Positions 42,473-53,228 are shown, counted from the first letter of the stretch. The stretch is DNA of 64,000 nucleotides from Gammaproteobacteria bacterium (GCA_050298595.1 JBNKUM010000008.1:128001-192000); one strand, 5' to 3'. Notes: generated by a model from the sequence alone, not told the origin. Translations and numbers: made by a program.

Positions 42473-45130
42473 TCAAACCGTTACAGGGTTTGGTTTTTCT
42501 GCATCAATGTTATATTTTTTAATCGCCTGTTGGACGACTTTTGTTTCCAGTTCACCTTCATCTGCTAAAGCTTTTAGTGCGGCAACTGTTATGTAATATT
42601 TATTTACCTCAAAAAATGTTCTCAAATTTGCACGTGTATCACTTCGACCAAAACCATCAGTACCCAGGGTAACGAGTTTCATCGGCACATGTTCACGAAT
42701 TTGATTGGCGTAGGTTCGGGTATAGTCAGTAGCAATTACCGCTGGCCCCTTGCGTCCTTCCAGCATTTGTTCGATGTAAGACTTTCTGGCTTTTTTAGTG
42801 GGGTGCAACTGGTTCCAGCGAACCACATCAGTTGCTTCCCGAGCCAGTTCATTAATACTGGTCATACTCCAGATATCAGAATCGATATCAAAATCCTGCT
42901 TAAGCAGTTCTGCCGCAGCTATAACTTCACGTAGAATAGTGCCAGAGCCCATCAATTGAACCTTCTGGCCTTTAAACTGACTCTCCTGCAAACAATACAT
43001 CCCCTTTATGATGCCCTCCAGGGCTCCTTCAGGCATGGCAGGGTGGTGGTAGTTTTCATTCATTGCCGTGATGTAATAAAACACATTATCCTGATTTTGA
43101 TACATGCGTTTCATACCCTCATGAATAATGACCGCCATTTCATAAGCATAGGTAGGATCGTAAGAGATACAGTTGGGTATAGTGCCCGCAACGATTAGAC
43201 TGTGACCGTCCTGATGCTGTAGACCTTCACCAGCCAGTGTTGTACGACCTGCAGTACCACCAATGAGAAAGCCACGTACCTGCATATCTCCAGCAGCCCA
43301 GGCAAGATCGCCAATACGCTGAAAGCCAAACATGGAGTAATAGATATAAAAAGGAATCATATTTACACCGTGGGTAAAATACGATGAACCCGCAGCTATC
43401 CATGAGGACATAGCACCGGCTTCATTAATCCCTTCCTGAAGTATCTGCCCCTTTTTATCCTCACGGTAATACATGACCTGATCCGCATCCATAGGCTTGT
43501 ATAACTGACCACTATGAGAATAGATCCCCAGTTGACGAAACATACCTTCCATACCAAAGGTACGTGCTTCATCAGGTACGATCGGTACCACATTCTTACC
43601 AATATCTTTACTTCGTGTCAGCGCTGATAACATACGAACAAAAGCCATCGTAGTTGAAAAATCGCGCTCGCCACTGTCTTTAAGTAAGGCATCAAAAATA
43701 TCAAGATCAGGGATTTTCAGTGGTTCTGCCGTATCTTTTCTTACTGGCATATATCCACCTAAAGACTCCCTTCTTTCGCGCATATATTTCATTTCTTCAC
43801 TGTCTTCAGGGAAGCGGTAAAAAGGCACTTGTGATATCTGGCTATCGGTAACAGGTATATTGAATCGATCACGGAAGGCCTTAAGTGCTTCCTCACCCAT
43901 CTTCTTTTGCGAGTGAGTTACGTTTTGACCTTCACCCGCTTCCCCCATGCCGTATCCCTTAACCGTTTTAGCAAGAATAACCGTAGGCTGATCTTTATGC
44001 TCCATTGCTGCCGCATACGCTGCATAAACCTTGTGGGGATCATGACCGCCACGATTCAGGCGCCAGATATCGGTATCCGACATATTAGCAACCATGGCTT
44101 TTAATTCTGGATATTTACCAAAGAAATGTTCGCGCGTGTAGGCACCACCATGTGCTTTGTATGCCTGGTATTCACCATCAACAGCCTCTTCCATACGCTT
44201 TTGCAATAGACCATCTTTGTCACGATCCAGTAACGCATCCCAGTAACCGCCCCAGATCACCTTCAACACCTTCCAACCAGCACCACGAAAGTTTGCTTCC
44301 AGCTCCTGAATAATCTTGCCATTACCACGTACAGGTCCATCGAGGCGTTGCAGATTACAGTTCACCACAAAAATTAAATTATCCAGTTTTTCGCGTGAAG
44401 CTAACGAAATAGCCCCCAGAGATTCTGGCTCATCCATTTCGCCATCACCCATGAAGGCCCAGATTTTTCGATCAGACGGTTCAAGTAATCCGCGATTTTC
44501 CAGGTACTTCATAAATCTTGCCTGATAGATCGCCATCAGCGGACCAAGCCCCATGGATACCGTAGGAAACTGCCAGAAATCGCGCATCAACCAGGGGTGA
44601 GGGTAAGATGAAAGTCCATTCTCATTTAAGGCCTCCTGTCGAAAGTTGAGTAATTGTTCTTCGCTAAGACGGCCTTCCAGAAAGGCTCTGGAATAAATAC
44701 CGGGGGCAGAATGTCCCTGGAAAAAAATCAGGTCACCCTGACTTTTTTCGTTAGGTGCTTTAAAAAAATGGTTGAAGCCAACATCATACAGCGTGGCAGC
44801 AGATGAAAAGCTCGCTATATGCCCACCAAGTTCGCTGGTCTTTCGATTGGCCTGCACTACCATAGCCGCCGCGTTCCAACGGATGACCGAACGAATACGG
44901 CGTTCAATCGCCATATTACCGGGGCTTGGTTTTTGATGTACTACAGGAATGGTGTTCAGGTAAGCAGTATTCGCGCTATAGGGTAGATGAGCACCAGATC
45001 GGCGCGCTTTATCGATTAACTTTTCCAGTAAAAAATGCGCCCTTTCAGTGCCTTCAAATTGAAGTACCGAATCAAGAGCTTCAATCCACTCCTGCGTTTC
45101 CTGTGGATCAGAATCATGATTTTCTGTCAT
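42473..45130 (-). CDS. aceE: Pyruvate dehydrogenase E1, homodimeric type
   Basis: DPQETQEW, SSYPHPWLM, GDGEMDEPES, LGTDGFGRSD. Confidence 0.99.
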   Translation of the reverse strand: MTENHDSDPQETQEWIEALDSVLQFEGTERAHFLLEKLIDKARRSGAHLPYSANTAYLNTIPVVHQKPSPGNMAIERRIRSVIRWNAAAMVVQANRKTSELGGHIASFSSAATLYDVGFNHFFKAPNEKSQGDLIFFQGHSAPGIYSRAFLEGRLSEEQLLNFRQEALNENGLSSYPHPWLMRDFWQFPTVSMGLGPLMAIYQARFMKYLENRGLLEPSDRKIWAFMGDGEMDEPESLGAISLASREKLDNLIFVVNCNLQRLDGPVRGNGKIIQELEANFRGAGWKVLKVIWGGYWDALLDRDKDGLLQKRMEEAVDGEYQAYKAHGGAYTREHFFGKYPELKAMVANMSDTDIWRLNRGGHDPHKVYAAYAAAMEHKDQPTVILAKTVKGYGMGEAGEGQNVTHSQKKMGEEALKAFRDRFNIPVTDSQISQVPFYRFPEDSEEMKYMRERRESLGGYMPVRKDTAEPLKIPDLDIFDALLKDSGERDFSTTMAFVRMLSALTRSKDIGKNVVPIVPDEARTFGMEGMFRQLGIYSHSGQLYKPMDADQVMYYREDKKGQILQEGINEAGAMSSWIAAGSSYFTHGVNMIPFYIYYSMFGFQRIGDLAWAAGDMQVRGFLIGGTAGRTTLAGEGLQHQDGHSLIVAGTIPNCISYDPTYAYEMAVIIHEGMKRMYQNQDNVFYYITAMNENYHHPAMPEGALEGIIKGMYCLQESQFKGQKVQLMGSGTILREVIAAAELLKQDFDIDSDIWSMTSINELAREATDVVRWNQLHPTKKARKSYIEQMLEGRKGPAVIATDYTRTYANQIREHVPMKLVTLGTDGFGRSDTRANLRTFFEVNKYYITVAALKALADEGELETKVVQQAIKKYNIDAEKPNPVTV

Positions 45131-45388
45131 TCTATTCTCTCTTATTTATTTTAATATTTTGTAAAGCCCCTTAAATACCTTCAGGGTGCTGGTGCCATAT
45201 ACATCCAGGGTATACATGCCCAGGCATTAGATATCTCTATGTCCGACGGGGTCTTTTGAAGTTAAGTTATGTCGTGAAATCAAACAGTAACTCACTCAGG
45301 ATGGCGGGCATTATACGTTATATTTAGAGTTAATCAGCTATTCATGAGATAATAAAAATATATAACCTTAGGACTATCACCTATATTT

Positions 45389-46426
45389 ATGACCTCATTA
45401 AAAATCATTCAACCCGACGACTGGCATTTACATCTGCGGGACAATTTATCATTGCAATCAGTAGTTAATGACTCTGCCAGACAGTTTGCCAGAGCGATTA
45501 TCATGCCCAATCTGGTCCCACCTGTAACCACCTGTGAGCAGGCCTGTGCCTATCGCGAACGCATAATGGCTGCAGTAGATAAAGACCTCAGTTTTGAACC
45601 TCTGATGACACTTTATCTAACCGATAATACGAGTACTGAAGAAATCCGCCTGGCCAGCGAGTCACCCTTTATTCATGCTGCCAAGCTGTATCCTGCTGGA
45701 GCCACCACAAACTCGGATGCAGGGGTTACGGGCATCAAGCGAATTTACTCGGTACTGGAAGCCATGCAACAATATGACCTGCCCTTACTCGTGCATGGTG
45801 AAGCAACAGCTAACGATATTGACATCTTTGACCGGGAAAAAGTCTTTATTGATCAAACCCTGAGTCAACTGCGTCAGGATTTCCCACAGCTTCGTATCGT
45901 GTTTGAACACATCACAACATCTGATGCTGTGAGTTTTGTGCTAGAGCATAAATCTGCTTACACTGCAGGAACGATCACCGCTCACCATCTTTTGATCAAT
46001 CGTAATGCCCTTTTTAAAGGTGGTATGAATCCTCACCATTATTGTCTCCCAGTTGTTAAGCGCGAAACTCACCGACTTGCACTACTAAAAGCAGCCACCC
46101 AACATGCTGATCGATTTTTTTGCGGTACCGACAGCGCGCCCCATGCACAGGGAGCAAAAGAATCAGCCTGTGGTTGTGCCGGCATTTATACCGCACATGC
46201 GGCCATAGAGTTATATGCCGAAGCATTCGAACAAACCAACGATTTCTCACAGTTTGAAAAATTCATGAGCCTTTCAGGACCTGCTTTTTATCACTTGCCT
46301 GTAAATACTCGACAAATAACCCTTAATAAACAGGACTGGACCATAGCCAATTCAATCCCTTTTGCGCATCAAACCTTAATCCCCTTTCGCGCCGGACAAA
46401 CCCTCAGCTGGAAACTGGAAGCTTAA
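45389..46426 (+). CDS. pyrC: Dihydroorotase
   Basis: PDDWHLHLRD, KLYPAGATTNS, GTDSAPH. Confidence 0.98.
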   Translation: MTSLKIIQPDDWHLHLRDNLSLQSVVNDSARQFARAIIMPNLVPPVTTCEQACAYRERIMAAVDKDLSFEPLMTLYLTDNTSTEEIRLASESPFIHAAKLYPAGATTNSDAGVTGIKRIYSVLEAMQQYDLPLLVHGEATANDIDIFDREKVFIDQTLSQLRQDFPQLRIVFEHITTSDAVSFVLEHKSAYTAGTITAHHLLINRNALFKGGMNPHHYCLPVVKRETHRLALLKAATQHADRFFCGTDSAPHAQGAKESACGCAGIYTAHAAIELYAEAFEQTNDFSQFEKFMSLSGPAFYHLPVNTRQITLNKQDWTIANSIPFAHQTLIPFRAGQTLSWKLEA

Positions 46427-46429
46427 TAG

Positions 46430-47047
46430 ATGACTGAACACACCCTTATGGAAAAACGTTTTCGAGGCTTTTTGCCTGTAGTAGTCGATGTAGAAACCGG
46501 CGGGTTCAATGAACAAACGGATGCCTTACTGCAGATTGCTGCAGTAATACTGGATATGCGTGAGGATGGCACACTGTACTGTCAGGAAACCCATACCTGT
46601 CATGTAACCCCTTTTCCTGGAGCAAACCTCGACCCCAAATCGATGGAAATCAATGGCATAGACCCCGACCACCCACTACGTATGGCTATGGACGAGAAAA
46701 TCGCCCTGCCGCATATCTTTAAACCCATTCGAGCTGCGCTCAAGCATCAAAATTGCAAAAGGGCTATCCTGGTGGGGCATAACGCCAATTTTGATTTGAA
46801 ATTCTTCAATATTGCGGCAGAAAGAACTGGCATAAAGCGTAACCCTTTTCACCCATTCAGCACCTTTGATACCGTCTCTTTAGCGGGACTGGCTTACGGG
46901 CAGACCGTTCTTTCTCGTTCGGTTCAGGCTGCAGGATTAGGCTGGGATAATAGTGAAGCGCATTCAGCAATCTATGATGCAGAAAAAACAGCTGAACTGT
47001 TTTGCACCATAGTTAATTCGATGCCATTTTTAGCTGCTAAAAACTGA
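46430..47047 (+). CDS. rnt: Ribonuclease T
   Basis: [31 protein letters not shown]. Confidence 0.98.
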   Translation: MTEHTLMEKRFRGFLPVVVDVETGGFNEQTDALLQIAAVILDMREDGTLYCQETHTCHVTPFPGANLDPKSMEINGIDPDHPLRMAMDEKIALPHIFKPIRAALKHQNCKRAILVGHNANFDLKFFNIAAERTGIKRNPFHPFSTFDTVSLAGLAYGQTVLSRSVQAAGLGWDNSEAHSAIYDAEKTAELFCTIVNSMPFLAAKN

Positions 47048-47154
47048 AGACAGTGCGTGATTTAGATAACCTGAGCCGCATAAAAGTGCATTTTAACTCT
47101 AGAGTATTTTCACCTTAGTAGTCTATACTCAAAAAAACTCAAAAAAGCCATCTC

Positions 47155-48090
47155 ATGTTACAAAAAGAAGATATTTCCATCATAGTCGTCGACGACCTTC
47201 AGTTTAGTTGTGAAGTCGTCAAATCAGGCCTCAAAAAATCGGGTTACAAAGACATACGTACCGCCAACTCTGCTAATAAAGCGATGCTTTTATTAAACGA
47301 AAGGCGTGCCGATGTCATACTGGCTGATTTCTGGATGCCTGAAATGAACGGACTTGAATTAACCGATCTGATAAGGCGCTGGGATGGAAAAAATAATCGT
47401 TATACCGGTATTATTTTGCTAACAGCGGAGGATACAACCTCCAGCATAGTGGTTGCTTTCGATCACGGTGTAGATGACTTCATTTCAAAATCAGCCAATC
47501 AGTACGAGCTAGCCGCTCGTGTCTACGGTGCCGGCAGGATTTCCATCACGCATAATAATATCTATAAATTAAACAGCGACCTGACCACACAATATCTAAA
47601 CCACAACCACCTGAGGCTGATTGATATGGACACAGGGCTATCAAACTATAAGCAGTTTGAAAGAACCCTGGAGTCAATGATTATTCATTGCGAAACTCGA
47701 GGTGGCGGAATCGCTATTGGATTGATTCGGGTGGATGTTAATGAAGATGATGAGGCTGAAACCAGGCTTAGACCAGGAACCTTGAGAACTATTTCAAATG
47801 CGCTACAGCTGGTACTCAGGCCAATGGATGAAATAGCGCGTATTGACAGCAATACATTTGCAATTGCTCTGATATACGCTGACCAGAATATGTTCAACAC
47901 TGATATGTTTAAGCGCAGTACCTCAAGCATACTCAAAAACACACATATGCTTACCGATCAGGGCAAAAAACTAAAGCTATCTATAGCCTGCTGGAATACA
48001 GACGAGTTTGATCCATTACCCAGCGTACCCTATGTGCTTGAACAAGCAGAAGCCCTGTTTGCCCCACTGAAACTGGAAAACGAAAGTTAA
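47155..48090 (+). CDS. Response regulator with degenerate GGDEF-like domain
   Basis: REC domain (VVDD, ADFWMPEMNG, LLTA, DDFISK); C-terminal D..TGL.N and LRPMDEIARIDSNTF in place of RxGGDEF. Confidence 0.85.
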   Translation: MLQKEDISIIVVDDLQFSCEVVKSGLKKSGYKDIRTANSANKAMLLLNERRADVILADFWMPEMNGLELTDLIRRWDGKNNRYTGIILLTAEDTTSSIVVAFDHGVDDFISKSANQYELAARVYGAGRISITHNNIYKLNSDLTTQYLNHNHLRLIDMDTGLSNYKQFERTLESMIIHCETRGGGIAIGLIRVDVNEDDEAETRLRPGTLRTISNALQLVLRPMDEIARIDSNTFAIALIYADQNMFNTDMFKRSTSSILKNTHMLTDQGKKLKLSIACWNTDEFDPLPSVPYVLEQAEALFAPLKLENES

Positions 48091-48107
48091 AAAAGCCCCG
48101 CATGTGG

Positions 48108-48756
48108 CAATGCTGTTCACTTAAGCATTTGAGTTTACATAAGGCTTAATAGAAAATCCGGTGATGGAAACATCATCGGATTTTTTATGGCCGTTCAACA
48201 AGACCTTCTCAACCTTAGTGACCTCTTTAACTTCTCAGATATCAGTTCATTGACTCAAAACATCCCCATCAAGTGGGTTGAGTCTGCGCTGCGCTTGAGC
48301 GCCAGTACAACGATTAGGAGGCGTCGGTTGCCATCGGAACAAGTACTTTGGCTTATGTTGGGGATGGCGATGTTTCGAAATGAGCCGGTACATGAAGTTG
48401 CCAGGCGTTTAAATATATGCGCGCAAGACCTGGCCTCAGACAGTCTTTTAGCTCAAAGCGGTGTCACTAATGCTCGTAAACGACTCGGCTCAGACCCCGT
48501 AGAAGGGTTATTTCGACAAACAGGTACGCACTGGGGGAACGAACGTTATCCTGAAGATGAATGGAACGGGTTGAAAGTGATGGCCGCTTCTAACCCGATA
48601 TCTGGAATGGGTCGACGACTGTCGGAGCTGAGGTCTGGTATTGGAAGTTTGTTTTTGGAAAGACGTCCGAGGCCAGCAAAGCCTCGGACGGTAAAGATAT
48701 CAAAGACCCGATATCCGGTGGATCGTTATGCTGCTCCGCTTAAGTGAACAGCATTG
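48108..48756 (+). mobile_element. Internally deleted IS4-family element (649 bp)
   Basis: perfect 19-bp IRs CAATGCTGTTCACTTAAGC / GCTTAAGTGAACAGCATTG; 11-bp target duplication CCCGCATG(T/C)GG; hairpin at 48153-48184 before the transposase. Confidence 0.92.
48187..48747 (+). pseudogene. IS4 transposase with in-frame deletion of the DDE core
   Basis: IS4 N-terminal domain (TIRRRRLP.EQV.WL..GM.MFR, ARKRLG.DP) joined near 48580 to the C-terminal RPRP.KPRTVKISKTRYP; 186 aa only. Confidence 0.88.
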
Positions 48757-48796
48757 CCCGCATGCGGGGCTTTTTAGAATTGGTAAGGAATTAAGC

Positions 48797-49123
48797 CTAG
48801 TCAACCTTTTTGGCCACAGCTTCCTTGATTATTTTCTCTAATTCGCCTGACTCTTTCATTTCAAGTGTGATATCGCATCCACCGATCAACTCACCATCAA
48901 CATACACCTGCGGAAAGGTAGGCCAGTCTGCATAACGCGGTAAATTCTGGAAAATTTCAGGGTCAGTCAGGACATTCACATAAGCGAATTCAACGCCCAG
49001 TGAAACCAGTGCTTCGGCAGTACGACTGGAAAATCCACACTGTGGTAACTGCGGAGTGCCTTTCATATAAATCACTACCGGATTTGATTCAACCTGTTCT
49101 TTAATGCGTTCTAAAACGTCCAT
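48797..49123 (-). CDS. grxD: Monothiol glutaredoxin Grx4
   Basis: MKGTP..PQCGFS, WPTFPQ, IGGCDI. Confidence 0.97.
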   Translation of the reverse strand: MDVLERIKEQVESNPVVIYMKGTPQLPQCGFSSRTAEALVSLGVEFAYVNVLTDPEIFQNLPRYADWPTFPQVYVDGELIGGCDITLEMKESGELEKIIKEAVAKKVD

Positions 49124-49216
49124 CGTGTTACCTCAACAATAACTTACTAAATTAGTCGGGTATTATAGACGCTATTTAAAATAAAAATAAAGCCCTAATC
49201 GTTAAAGTTATTCCGA

Positions 49217-50992
49217 TTAATTCGAAAGGTGTGTCTGCAACCAAAATTCAAGAAGTGCGCAATGCCATAACTTACTCCCATTTAGGCGAGTGAAATGCGA
49301 TTCAGGCTCTGCCAGAAGCTTATCAATATACTGCCTTGAGAAGATCCCTCGCTCCCGGCTTTGCTGAGAATTCAGGATATCCGCCATAAATTCATAAAAG
49401 TCACCTCGCACATATTTTAGCGCAGGCATGGGGAAGTAGCCTTTGGGGCGATCAATCACGCTATCAGGTAGGATACCTCGCGCAATCTCTTTCAGGATAC
49501 CTTTGCCCTGATGTAATAGTTTCAGCTCAGGAGGACATTGCGCTGCCAGCTCAACCAAATGATGATCCAGAAACGGAACCCTGGCTTCCAGCCCCCAGGC
49601 CATCGTCATATTGTCCACGCGTTTAACCGGGTCATCTACGATCAACGTGGTCACATCAAAGCGTAGCACGGCATCCATAAAGGTATCCGCATGTTCGCTA
49701 TTGAGCTCTGCACTGACCAGTTCAGAGGTAACGTCCTGGATATGATAGGCAGGATTAACCGTTTCCAGGTATTCCTGATGATCCCGGTCGAAATACCAGG
49801 GCGCAAAACGCTGCAAAGGCGTGCCAGCCTGCGCCAGCATGCGCGAATACCAGAAATAGCCCGCGAATACTTCATCCGCACCCTGCCCGCTCTGTACCAC
49901 CTTCACCGATTTGGCAACCTGCTCCGACAACAGATAAAACGCTACCGCATCCTGCCCGAACATGGGCTCCGACATGTTAGCAACCGCTTCCGGTAATCGT
50001 TTAAGTACCTGTTCATTTGGAATGAGAAATTTATGATGATCGGTTTGATACATCGCAGCAACAGGGTCAGAGTATTCAAACTCACTACCCTTTTCTTCCG
50101 GCTGATCTTCAAAGCCAATACTGAAGGTTTTGATATCCTGAACACCCGCCTGATCCAGTAGCGCAACCAGTAAACTGGAATCCAGCCCGCCCGAGAGCAA
50201 TACGCCCACTGGAACATCCGCAATAGTCAGACGTTTTCTCACCGACTTTAGCAATGCAAGATGTACCTGCTCGCGCCATTCCCGGTCACTCAGGGCATGC
50301 TCAGGACGCACCGCCGATAATTCCCAATAGCGTTTAAGGGATAACTGCCCCCTGGCATTCAGATTCATGAAGTGTGCTGGTGGACATTTTCTTGCGCCAT
50401 TAAATAAGGTACGCGGCGCTGGAACAACAGCATGCAAGGTATACAGATGATGCAGGGCGACAGCATCAATCTCCGTATCACACATGCCGGTTTCCAGTAA
50501 CGCCTGAATATTCGAGGCAAAAAAGAAATGCGTATCGGTTTTCAGGTAATACAGTGGCTTGATTCCCATCCTGTCGCGAGCCAGGAACAAATGCTGAGTC
50601 ACCCGATTCCATATCGCAAAAGCGAACATGCCATGTAATTTTTCGACACAGGCCTCTCCCCAATGCGCATAGGCATTTACGATGACTTCGGTATCGCTAT
50701 GCGAATTAAACCGATAACCTTTAACGATCAACTCATCACGCAACTCAGGGTAGTTATAAATCGTGCCATTAAATACAATGGTCAGGTCACCCTGTACACT
50801 GGCCATAGGTTGATGCCCATTGGCTGATAAATCGATTATTGACAGTCGCCTGTGTCCCAGGACAACAGGCCCGTCATAAAATTCACCTCTATCATCTGGT
50901 CCGCGCCGTGCGACCTGTTTCGACATTTTTTCAACAATATCCCTTTCGACGCTCTGATCAGTAAAGCTTAATCCACCAAAAATCCCGCACAT
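49217..50992 (-). CDS. Asparagine-synthase-family amidotransferase, N-acetylglutaminylglutamine amidotransferase-like
   Basis: MCGI N-terminus, LGHRRLSIIDLS, LLSGGLDSS, VDDPVKRVDNMTMAWGLEARVPFLD, KGYFPMPALK. Confidence 0.85.
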   Translation of the reverse strand: MCGIFGGLSFTDQSVERDIVEKMSKQVARRGPDDRGEFYDGPVVLGHRRLSIIDLSANGHQPMASVQGDLTIVFNGTIYNYPELRDELIVKGYRFNSHSDTEVIVNAYAHWGEACVEKLHGMFAFAIWNRVTQHLFLARDRMGIKPLYYLKTDTHFFFASNIQALLETGMCDTEIDAVALHHLYTLHAVVPAPRTLFNGARKCPPAHFMNLNARGQLSLKRYWELSAVRPEHALSDREWREQVHLALLKSVRKRLTIADVPVGVLLSGGLDSSLLVALLDQAGVQDIKTFSIGFEDQPEEKGSEFEYSDPVAAMYQTDHHKFLIPNEQVLKRLPEAVANMSEPMFGQDAVAFYLLSEQVAKSVKVVQSGQGADEVFAGYFWYSRMLAQAGTPLQRFAPWYFDRDHQEYLETVNPAYHIQDVTSELVSAELNSEHADTFMDAVLRFDVTTLIVDDPVKRVDNMTMAWGLEARVPFLDHHLVELAAQCPPELKLLHQGKGILKEIARGILPDSVIDRPKGYFPMPALKYVRGDFYEFMADILNSQQSRERGIFSRQYIDKLLAEPESHFTRLNGSKLWHCALLEFWLQTHLSN

Positions 50993-51300
50993 ATCGCCTC
51001 AATTTATGACTCATAAAAAATCTATTATCCTTAATCGGAGAAAAAAAGCGCGGCTTTTTACGCTAAAACTCTACCCAAAGAAATCCACAAAGTTTACAAA
51101 GCACGCCTTGATATAGAGAACAATAACACTATATAGTTTGCGTTAATCGTCAAATTGTTTTGTGATATAAACATATCGATTCTCAATTATTGCCGACCTC
51201 AGACATCTGAAGCTCAGTAACCAGATGTCAGTCATATTGGCAAAATAAGTATTAAAAATTTAAACCCTACATTCATCTTAACCAAGAAAGAGAGGCTCAT

Positions 51301-51876
51301 ATGGCTTTTACACTACCAGAACTACCCTTCGCCAAGGACGCTTTGGCTCCTCATATTTCCGCTGAAACCCTGGAATACCATTACGGTAAACATCACAACG
51401 CCTATGTTGTGAACCTGAATGGCATGATAGACGGCACTGAATTTGCTGATATGTCACTTGAAGACATTATCCTGAAATCCAGCGGTCCGATTTTCAACAA
51501 CGCTGCCCAGGTTTGGAACCACACTTTTTACTGGAATTGCCTGAGCCCTAATGGTGGTGGCGAGCCTTCAGGTGCTCTGGCTGACGCTATTAATGCCAAA
51601 TTTGGGTCATTTGAAGACTTCAAGAAAACCTTCAGTGCTGATTGTGTTGGAAATTTCGGCTCTGGCTGGACCTGGCTGGTCAAAAACAATGCAGGCGAAC
51701 TGGAAATCGTAAAGACTTCTAATGCAGGCTGCCCCTTAACTAACGGTGTTACACCTTTGCTAACCTGTGATGTATGGGAACATGCATACTATATCGATTA
51801 CCGCAACGCTCGCCCTGACTACGTAGCGGCTTTCTGGAATCTGGTTAACTGGGATTTCGTCGCCAGCAACCTGTAA
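51301..51876 (+). CDS. sodB: Superoxide dismutase [Fe]
   Basis: [33 protein letters not shown]. Confidence 0.97.
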   Translation: MAFTLPELPFAKDALAPHISAETLEYHYGKHHNAYVVNLNGMIDGTEFADMSLEDIILKSSGPIFNNAAQVWNHTFYWNCLSPNGGGEPSGALADAINAKFGSFEDFKKTFSADCVGNFGSGWTWLVKNNAGELEIVKTSNAGCPLTNGVTPLLTCDVWEHAYYIDYRNARPDYVAAFWNLVNWDFVASNL

Positions 51877-51896
51877 TCTCGCAGTTTTAGCTATTA

Positions 51897-51938
51897 GTTT
51901 TTACGGGTCTATTCGTCATGCGATTAGACCCGTAAAAC
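51897..51938 (+). terminator. Long hairpin after sodB
   Basis: TTTTACGGGTCTA-ttcgtcatgcgat-TAGACCCGTAAAA inverted repeat. Confidence 0.6.
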
Positions 51939-52049
51939 AACAGGAAAATGGCCTTAACCCGCTAAAACCAGCTGTTTTAAGGTATTCCTTACAAAATTCT
52001 TGTATTCATTTAAAAAATAAGTATTGTTGATCGCTTTTTTGCGGAAAAG

Positions 52050-53228
52050 ATGATGGACAATCACTTGATGTCTACTTATAAGCCACTGCCAGTCACCTTT
52101 GAAAGAGGCGACGGTATATTCCTCTACGATGACCAGGACCAGCAGTACCTGGATGCGCTCTGTGGCATCTCTGTAACCAGCCTGGGTCATAATCACCCGG
52201 CAGTAACTGAGGCCATCACACGACAGGCTGCAAAACTTTTACATACTTCCAATCTTTATCACATCAGAAACCAGAAAAAGCTCGCCGACCTGTTATGTGA
52301 AGCTTCTGGAATGGAGCAGGTGTTTTTTGGCAACTCTGGCGCAGAAGCCAATGAAGCTGCGATTAAATTAGCACGCTTATACGGCCACAAAAACGACATT
52401 CAAAAACCCGAAATCGTAGTCATGGAAGGTAGCTTCCACGGGCGTACCATGGCAACACTATCAGCCACCGGCAACCGCAAGGTTCAGGCCGGTTTCGAAC
52501 CTCTGGTATCAGGTTTCGTTCGGGCTCCATACAATGACATCGAAGCACTTAAGATTATTGCACAAAATAACCGCAATGTGGTTGCTGTACTGGTTGAGGC
52601 GGTGCAGGGAGAAGGCGGTATCATTATTCCTGACAGCGGTTATCTAAAAGCAATCCGCGCCATCTGCGATGAACATAACTGGCTCATGATGCTGGATGAG
52701 ATTCAGACAGGCATGGCCAGAAGTGGGAGAATGTTTGCCTTTCAACACGAAGGCATTACTCCCGATGTAATGACCCTTGCCAAGGCTCTGGGGAATGGAA
52801 TACCTATCGGTGCCTGCCTGGCACAGGGTAAGGCCAGCAATGTTTTCCAGCCCGGCAATCATGGTTCAACCTTTGGCGGTAATCCTTTTGCCTGTGAGGT
52901 TGGATACACCGTCCTGCAAACCATGCTACAGCAAAACATTGCCGAAAATGCAAGGTTGCGGGGTGATCAACTAGCCAGTTACCTGAAACAAGAACTCGCC
53001 AATCAGGTAGCCATTAAAGAGATCAGAAATCTCGGTCTTCTTGTAGGCATTACATTGGATCGAGACTGTACCGAACTTGCCAAAATCGCTCTGGATAATC
53101 AGTTATTGATCAATATCACCGATGGCAGTGTCATCCGACTGTTACCGCCCCTGATCATTAATGAAGCCCAGATTACTGAGCTTGCGGACCGTCTGATCCT
53201 GTCCATCAATCAATTTATCAATCAGTAA
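52050..53228 (+). CDS. argD: Acetylornithine aminotransferase
   Basis: NSGAEANEAAIKLAR, SFHGRT, DEIQTG, TLAKALG, HGSTFGGNP; adjacent to argF. Confidence 0.93.
   Translation: MMDNHLMSTYKPLPVTFERGDGIFLYDDQDQQYLDALCGISVTSLGHNHPAVTEAITRQAAKLLHTSNLYHIRNQKKLADLLCEASGMEQVFFGNSGAEANEAAIKLARLYGHKNDIQKPEIVVMEGSFHGRTMATLSATGNRKVQAGFEPLVSGFVRAPYNDIEALKIIAQNNRNVVAVLVEAVQGEGGIIIPDSGYLKAIRAICDEHNWLMMLDEIQTGMARSGRMFAFQHEGITPDVMTLAKALGNGIPIGACLAQGKASNVFQPGNHGSTFGGNPFACEVGYTVLQTMLQQNIAENARLRGDQLASYLKQELANQVAIKEIRNLGLLVGITLDRDCTELAKIALDNQLLINITDGSVIRLLPPLIINEAQITELADRLILSINQFINQ

Larger units (their letters stand above)
48089..48775. terminator. Bidirectional terminator split by the IS4 insertion
   Basis: removing the element and one target-site copy restores AAAAAAGCCCCG-CATG-CGGGGCTTTTT. 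Confidence 0.7.

Noticed and set aside
45131-45388. aceE-pyrC intergenic region examined for an sRNA or PdhR box
   Set aside because: No convincing palindrome, terminator or known motif seen
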